From Bacteroidales bacterium (lineage in GTDB: Bacteria > Bacteroidota > Bacteroidia > Bacteroidales > VadinHA17), in NCBI GenBank assembly GCA_003142255.1, contig PLLO01000013.1, positions 64,784 to 128,783 on the forward strand: DNA of 64,000 bases, given 5' to 3'. Positions 59,456-64,000 of the stretch are shown here, piece by piece; positions within the stretch are counted from its first letter, which is position 1, and each line of letters opens with the position of its first letter. A program made the position numbers and the translations under genes. The notes under the pieces are model-generated. The model made no database searches. It worked only from the letters and a program-made list of their open reading frames with translations, and had not been told where the DNA came from.

Positions 59456-59644
59456 TTATAATTCAGAAATAATCTTTCTTATCTCTTCTTTTGTTCTGCC
59501 AAGTTTAGCCTGCAGCCTGCCAAGCAACTCATCCTGTTTGCCTTCCACTAACAATAAATCATCATCTGTCAGCATTGCGAATTTTTGTTTCAGTTTCCCT
59601 TTTGTCACTTTCCAGTTACCTTGTAGTTCAGTAGAATTTTTCAT
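59456..59644 (-). CDS. csbD: CsbD family general stress protein
   Basis: 62 aa; GNWKVTKGKLKQKFAMLTDDDLLLVEGKQDELLGRLQAKLG. Confidence 0.8.
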   Translation of the reverse strand: MKNSTELQGNWKVTKGKLKQKFAMLTDDDLLLVEGKQDELLGRLQAKLGRTKEEIRKIISEL

Positions 59645-59713
59645 GATTATCAGAATTAATTAATTTACGCTTAAGTATCAGGACAAAGATGATCACTTGT
59701 ATGAAACAAATTA

Positions 59714-59751
59714 TTACATAATTCCGGGAATATGTTACATCATTCACACAT
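59714..59751 (-). promoter_or_regulatory. AraC-type direct-repeat operator, copy A (upstream of csbD)
   Basis: TTACATaATTC-N10-TTACATcATTCACACAT; 69 nt upstream of start 59644. Confidence 0.6.
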
Positions 59752-59779
59752 ACTGGTTTTTACGTTCCGGGGGTTATAG

Positions 59780-59808
59780 AAAAGAGCGTTGGATAGCAAC
59801 GCTCTTTT
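59780..59808. terminator. Terminator of the araC-kinase-regulator operon
   Basis: 12-bp perfect stem AAAAGAGCGTTG / CAACGCTCTTTT with a 5-nt loop, 31 nt after the response regulator stop. Confidence 0.7.
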
Positions 59809-59838
59809 ATTATCCCGCAAATATTTACTGTAATAATA

Positions 59839-60276
59839 TTACTGCAACTTCTCCATGTACCAGCTCAATGTCTTCTCTATTTTCTGAGTATGAAAAATGG
59901 CGGTAATGGTTTTTTGTAATCGGATGAATGCAGTTTCACTTTTAACAATATAATCAAAGGCTTTGTGATGCATGCAGTTTATCGCCACTTCGATTTTATC
60001 CTGGGAAGATAACATGACCACAGGAATTTCAGGATTAAACGCTTTTATTTTATCTAACGTTTCTATTCCGTTCATCGCTGTCTTATCAACGCCGTCAAGG
60101 CGATAATCTAAAATGATCAAATCAGGGTTGTGCGATAAATTAGCTATGCAAATTTCGCCTGTTGCAAATGATTCAATAGCAAAATTGGCATGTTGCAGGA
60201 ATTCAATTTCCAATAATTTCAGATACACTGAATCATCATCTACAAGAAAAAGTTTTATTTTATTTCCCTCATTCAT
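59839..60276 (-). CDS. Single-domain response regulator (receiver only)
   Basis: 145 aa; LVDDD acidic pocket, ILDYRL phospho-acceptor Asp, conserved downstream Lys; ATGA overlap with the kinase stop. Confidence 0.85.
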   Translation of the reverse strand: MNEGNKIKLFLVDDDSVYLKLLEIEFLQHANFAIESFATGEICIANLSHNPDLIILDYRLDGVDKTAMNGIETLDKIKAFNPEIPVVMLSSQDKIEVAINCMHHKAFDYIVKSETAFIRLQKTITAIFHTQKIEKTLSWYMEKLQ

Positions 60277-62894
60277 TTGTCAGCGTTTTTAATTGTATTA
60301 AACTCTTCTTTTAATTCCTTACACGCCTTCTTACAAACGATTTCAAGCTGTAAAACCAGATCTGGCAATTCATCTGTTTGCTGCTTTGTTCTTGAGTATT
60401 CCTGTACCTTTTTTGCCATGCTTTCGAAATCGGCACTTATCCCCATTATTGAAAATGAGGGTATCATTTTATGTACTGCCGCGTGCAATGAATCCCAATC
60501 TTTATCCTTCAGGCTTTGTTTCATTGTTTTAATTAAGGCCGGGGTTTGTATTAGATAAGCTGAAATCATTTCCATCATCAATGCCGGATCAGACTTTGTA
60601 AGGTGGTTTAGATAGTCCAGGTTGGTTTTTTTTAACTTTTTACTTACCCGCACTCCGGTCTTATTATTTATGCCAATAACCACGGAGGGTTTTACTATCC
60701 CAACTATTTTACTGTATAATAATCTTTCGTCGATAGGCTTGGCGATGTAGTCGTTCATTCCAACAGCTTTGCATTTCTTTAAGTCGACAGTGGTTACATC
60801 AGCAGTTAACGCGATAATAGGGATGTTGGAATTAAGTTTTTTTCGGATGTATTCTGTAGCTTCAAACCCATTCATTACCGGCATCTGCAAGTCCATTAAA
60901 ATAACATCGTATGATTTATTTTTTAGTTTTTCGATGGCTATTTTCCCGTTTTCGGCAATATCGTGTTCAAATCCGAAATCATCCAATAATGTTTTCATCA
61001 ATAATTGATTTAGTGCTATGTCTTCAACTATCAATACTTTTATATCTTTAATTTCAGCATTCAATCCCACTATTTCAGTTTCTGATTCAACTTCAGCTGT
61101 TGTTTTCAGAAAGCTTAGCACAAAACTAAAAGTAGATCCCTTATGAATTTTGCTTTTTACACTAATACTTCCACCCTGTGCTTCAACTAATTGTTTAGAA
61201 ATGGCAAGTCCAAGGCCAGTGCCCCCATACAGCCTTGCAGTATCACTGGAGGCTTGTTGGAAGTTTTCAAAAATATGTTCTAATTTTTCTTTTGCTATTC
61301 CAATTCCGGTATCCGTAACTGCAAATTCAATAGTTGATTTGTCTTCATCTTCATTCAGTAATTGAACACTAACCGTAATTTCGCCTTTTGTTGTAAATTT
61401 TACTGCATTGCTGACAAGGTTTAGAATAATCTGGTGCAACCGGACAGGATCGCCAACCACTACCTTAGGAATTCTTTTGTCATATTTTTTTATCAGCTTC
61501 AGGTTTTTTTCCTGAATTTTTGTTTCAAATACATGAATCATTGCTGCAATTGAGGTGTCCAATTTGAATGCAATTTGTTCAAATATCATTTTCCCGGCAT
61601 CAACTTTTGCCAAATCGAGTATGTCGTTAATAAGTACGATTAATGAATCGCCACTCATTTTTATTGCAGTTAAGTATTCCTTTTGTTTTGGCGTCAATTT
61701 TGTTTTCAACACAACTTTTGTAAATCCTATAATCGCATTCATTGGAGTGCGGATTTCATGACTCATGTTTGACAAAAATTGTTGTTTCGATTTCACGGCA
61801 TTTTCTGCTATTACCGTGGCCTCTTCAGCTTTCACTTTTGCTTCTTCAGCAAAACCTGTTGCCAGCTCGGCAAATACAATTGCCTCTGTCAGTTCTGTTG
61901 AAATTCTTTTTTGCTCTGTAATATCCCTTGCCACAACAACAACTCCAAGTACATTTCCGCTGTCATCTTTATAAACCGAACCATTAAATAATACGTCAGT
62001 AAGCTTACCGTCCTTATGACGAAGCGTAAGCGGAGAATCAGCAACAGAACCTTTTGCGAACACTTCCTGATATACTTCACGCGCTTTTTGTGGTTCGGTG
62101 AAATAATTGAAAAAATGGGTGCCAGTCAGTTTTTTGCGTGTTAAACCCGTAATATTCACGGTTGCCTGATTCATATCAGTGACTTTACCTTGGGTATTTA
62201 TAGTAATCAATGGGTCTAGACTCGCCTCAATAAGACTACGTGCATAGTTAGCAATCCTTAACTCTTCAGCCCTTTTCCTTTTCTCCTCGATTTGAAAAGC
62301 AAGTTCTTTGTTGGCAATAATTAATTCGTCTGCTCTTTTTTCTTTCTCGCCGTTTTGAAAGGCAAGCTCTTTGTTGGCAATAATTAATTCGTCTGCTCTT
62401 TTTTCTTTCTCGCCATTTTGAAAGGCAAGCTCTTTGTTAGCAATGAATAATTCGTCTGCTCTTTTTTCTTTCTCGCCGTTTTGAAAGACAAGTTCTTTGT
62501 TGGCAATTTTTAACTCTGTGGCCCATTTTTGCTCGGAAATATCTCTTGCTACGACAACTGCACCAAGAACCTTTCCTTTTTCATCTTTATAAACCGATCC
62601 ATTGAATAATACATCCGTAAGCTTGCCGTTTTTATGGCGAAATGTGAGGGGAGAATCGGCAACAGATCCTTTTGCAAACACTTCAAGGTAAACGTCACGC
62701 GCTTTTTGTGGTTCCGTGAAATAATCAAAAAAATCAGATCCGAGAAGTTTTTCACGTTCTAAGCCAGTAATGTTCACCTTTGCCTGATTCATGTCCGTAA
62801 TCTTGCCTCTGGTGCTTATTACAATTAATGGATCAAGGCTGGCTTCTATCAAACTGCTGGCGTAATAAGATTCATGCAACTTTGTTCTTTCCAT
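60273..62894 (-). CDS. Hybrid sensor histidine kinase: PAS, 21-aa coiled-coil repeats, PAS, HisKA, HATPase, REC, HPt
   Basis: 873 aa; two roughly 80 percent identical PAS modules; H-box SHEIRTPMNAI; G-box GTGLGL; receiver DVILMDLQMP; C-terminal HPt (HKMIPSFSIMG). Confidence 0.9.
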   Translation of the reverse strand: MERTKLHESYYASSLIEASLDPLIVISTRGKITDMNQAKVNITGLEREKLLGSDFFDYFTEPQKARDVYLEVFAKGSVADSPLTFRHKNGKLTDVLFNGSVYKDEKGKVLGAVVVARDISEQKWATELKIANKELVFQNGEKEKRADELFIANKELAFQNGEKEKRADELIIANKELAFQNGEKEKRADELIIANKELAFQIEEKRKRAEELRIANYARSLIEASLDPLITINTQGKVTDMNQATVNITGLTRKKLTGTHFFNYFTEPQKAREVYQEVFAKGSVADSPLTLRHKDGKLTDVLFNGSVYKDDSGNVLGVVVVARDITEQKRISTELTEAIVFAELATGFAEEAKVKAEEATVIAENAVKSKQQFLSNMSHEIRTPMNAIIGFTKVVLKTKLTPKQKEYLTAIKMSGDSLIVLINDILDLAKVDAGKMIFEQIAFKLDTSIAAMIHVFETKIQEKNLKLIKKYDKRIPKVVVGDPVRLHQIILNLVSNAVKFTTKGEITVSVQLLNEDEDKSTIEFAVTDTGIGIAKEKLEHIFENFQQASSDTARLYGGTGLGLAISKQLVEAQGGSISVKSKIHKGSTFSFVLSFLKTTAEVESETEIVGLNAEIKDIKVLIVEDIALNQLLMKTLLDDFGFEHDIAENGKIAIEKLKNKSYDVILMDLQMPVMNGFEATEYIRKKLNSNIPIIALTADVTTVDLKKCKAVGMNDYIAKPIDERLLYSKIVGIVKPSVVIGINNKTGVRVSKKLKKTNLDYLNHLTKSDPALMMEMISAYLIQTPALIKTMKQSLKDKDWDSLHAAVHKMIPSFSIMGISADFESMAKKVQEYSRTKQQTDELPDLVLQLEIVCKKACKELKEEFNTIKNADK
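62247..62516 (-). repeat. In-frame 63-bp tandem repeat, about 4.3 copies (ELxIANKELAFQNGEKEKRAD)
   Basis: Near-identical 63-bp units read directly, for example 62324-62386 against 62387-62449. Confidence 0.85.
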
Positions 62895-62904
62895 TTTATT
62901 TGTT

Positions 62905-63495
62905 TTATTCCGCCTCTGAAAATGCTGAATTTATTTTACCAATTTCCTCAATCGGGATTCGTCTTTTGTTCTTCAGATTTTTGAAATGCGAAGGCGAGAG
63001 TCCTGTAATTTTCTTAAATTGATTGGATAAATGAGCAGCACTGCTGTAGTGCATCTTCCAGGCAATTTCTGTGAGGCTAAGTTCATCATAAATAATCAGC
63101 TCTTTTACCCTTTCAATTTTATGGGAGATGAGGAATCTCTCAATTGTAGTCCCCTGTACTTCTGAAAATAAGTTTGCCAGGTAAGTATAATCGTAATCTA
63201 ATTTTTCGCTTAAGAAATCAGAAAAATTTACTTTGGGCAATTCATCAGAATAATGAACCATTTCAATGACTACTTTTTTTATTTGTTCAATAAGTATGGC
63301 TTTCTTGTCATCCATCAGTTCCAGTCCTGACCTGAGCAAGGCAATTCTTATTTGCTCCCGCTGATCCAATGTGATATCTTCCATGATATCTGCCACCCCC
63401 ATATCAACAATAAAGTGAAGGCCGAGGTTCTTTAACTCTTCCCTTACCATCATTTTGCATCTGTTGCTAACCATATATTTGATATGCAGCTTCAA
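62905..63495 (-). CDS. AraC family transcriptional regulator with small N-terminal ferredoxin-like (HMA-like) domain
   Basis: 196 aa (TTG start; alternative ATG at MVSNRCK); C-terminal HTH_18 (LTEIAWKMHYSSAAHLSNQFKKITGLSPSHF); 10-bp gap to the kinase start. Confidence 0.8.
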   Translation of the reverse strand: MKLHIKYMVSNRCKMMVREELKNLGLHFIVDMGVADIMEDITLDQREQIRIALLRSGLELMDDKKAILIEQIKKVVIEMVHYSDELPKVNFSDFLSEKLDYDYTYLANLFSEVQGTTIERFLISHKIERVKELIIYDELSLTEIAWKMHYSSAAHLSNQFKKITGLSPSHFKNLKNKRRIPIEEIGKINSAFSEAE

Positions 63496-63558
63496 ATAGG
63501 GTTTTTAATAAGCGATTTAATTACAAAGTAAAGATGCAATCCAATAATTTGAATTGCA

Positions 63559-63596
63559 TTACATAATTCTGCGAATAAGTTACATTATTCACACAT
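63559..63596 (-). promoter_or_regulatory. AraC-type direct-repeat operator, copy B (upstream of araC itself)
   Basis: TTACATaATTC-N10-TTACATtATTCACACAT; 63 nt upstream of start 63495. Confidence 0.6.
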
Positions 63597-63598
63597 GA

Positions 63599-64000
63599 TT
63601 ATTCAAACCGCACCCAGTCTAATTCAATATTGCCGGATTTTTTCAGTGATACAATCAGGTTATGAATACCTGGTTTGAGTTTTGATACACGTGCCTCCAC
63701 CGCATTCCATTCAGCTCCTCCTGATATTTTTACTTCAGCAATTACTGGTCCGTCAGGTTTATCCAACCTGATTTTCAGGATTCCTCCCGTTTTTGATGAA
63801 GCCTTTACCTGGATGGTATTGAATTTTCTATTTCCGAAATCTACAGCGTTATATTGTACCCAGGCATTCGGGGAATCAAGTATTATCTTCCATCCTTCAA
63901 AGGTGTTGAGCGTGTCAATAAATGCTATTGATGCGCCCTTATCACTAATGCGACTGTACCTGTCGATCTCTATTTTTTTGAAAGCATCGGTTAACGCTAC
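63599..64000 (-). CDS. C-terminal CBM6-like carbohydrate-binding module of a larger protein (partial, continues past window end)
   Basis: Own translation: ...FEGWKIILDSPNAWVQYNAVDFGNRKFNTIQVKASSKTGGILKIRLDKPDGPVIAEVKISGGAEWNAVEARVSKLKPGIHNLIVSLKKSGNIELDWVRFE*, the typical CBM6 pattern. Confidence 0.7.
   Translation of the reverse strand, partial: VALTDAFKKIEIDRYSRISDKGASIAFIDTLNTFEGWKIILDSPNAWVQYNAVDFGNRKFNTIQVKASSKTGGILKIRLDKPDGPVIAEVKISGGAEWNAVEARVSKLKPGIHNLIVSLKKSGNIELDWVRFE

Noticed and set aside
62247-62516. 63-bp tandem repeats as a possible CRISPR or minisatellite
   Set aside because: The units are directly adjacent with no spacers, are in frame and encode a coiled coil inside the histidine kinase. 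This is a coding tandem repeat, not a CRISPR array.
1-64000. Search for tRNA, rRNA, tmRNA, RNase P RNA, CRISPR arrays, transposases, integrases, phage genes, toxin-antitoxin pairs and known defence genes
   Set aside because: I found no T-loop-like GGTTCGAAT or GGTTCAAAT sequences, no rRNA-like stretches, no repeat-spacer arrays and no ORF with recombinase, reverse transcriptase or nuclease-defence motifs. This was a scan by eye, so small or divergent RNAs could have been missed.

Overview
The window looks like a chromosomal segment of a Bacteroidota genome. The evidence is TAnnTTTG-type -7 boxes, many lipoproteins with an SC/GC lipobox, and DUF4292/TPR/M23 and CreD/HTH_34 gene neighbourhoods. 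It is probably from an anaerobe, given HemW, two further radical SAM enzymes, an FNR-like and an Rrf2 regulator. All calls come from reading the supplied translations and my own translation of the two window-edge ORFs; no database search was possible.

About 62 protein genes are tightly packed. Most are housekeeping: polA, queD, lspA, uvrC, ade, mnmG, ybeY, dut, pheS, ruvB, nadA, rpiB, hemW, nfo, mntH, pfk. I found no tRNA, rRNA, CRISPR array, transposase, integrase or recognisable defence gene.

The most interesting parts:
1. **Stress island (57.5-63.6 kb).** An AraC-type regulator, a PAS hybrid histidine kinase and a response regulator form one operon, followed by two CsbD paralogs and a lipoprotein with a DUF3494 ice-binding fold. 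Three promoters in this island carry the same 38-nt operator, built from direct repeats spaced 21 bp apart.
2. **Glycosylation-like locus (45.4-53.0 kb).** GH26, GH43, a small DPM1-like GT2 and a B12-binding radical SAM enzyme are read in one direction. A TMTC/PMT-like GT-C membrane protein with TPR repeats and a methyltransferase-like protein are read divergently.
3. **Shared operator (5.4-7.7 kb).** An identical 15-nt sequence with an AAAGTACTTT core precedes both transcription units of the membrane protein / HTH_34 / CreD locus.
4. **Palindromic intergenic elements.** Three unrelated REP/MITE-like families sit between convergent genes.
5. **Long non-coding gap (36.6-37.2 kb).** A 600-bp AT-rich gap contains phased DnaA-box-like motifs. 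It is a weak candidate for oriC.
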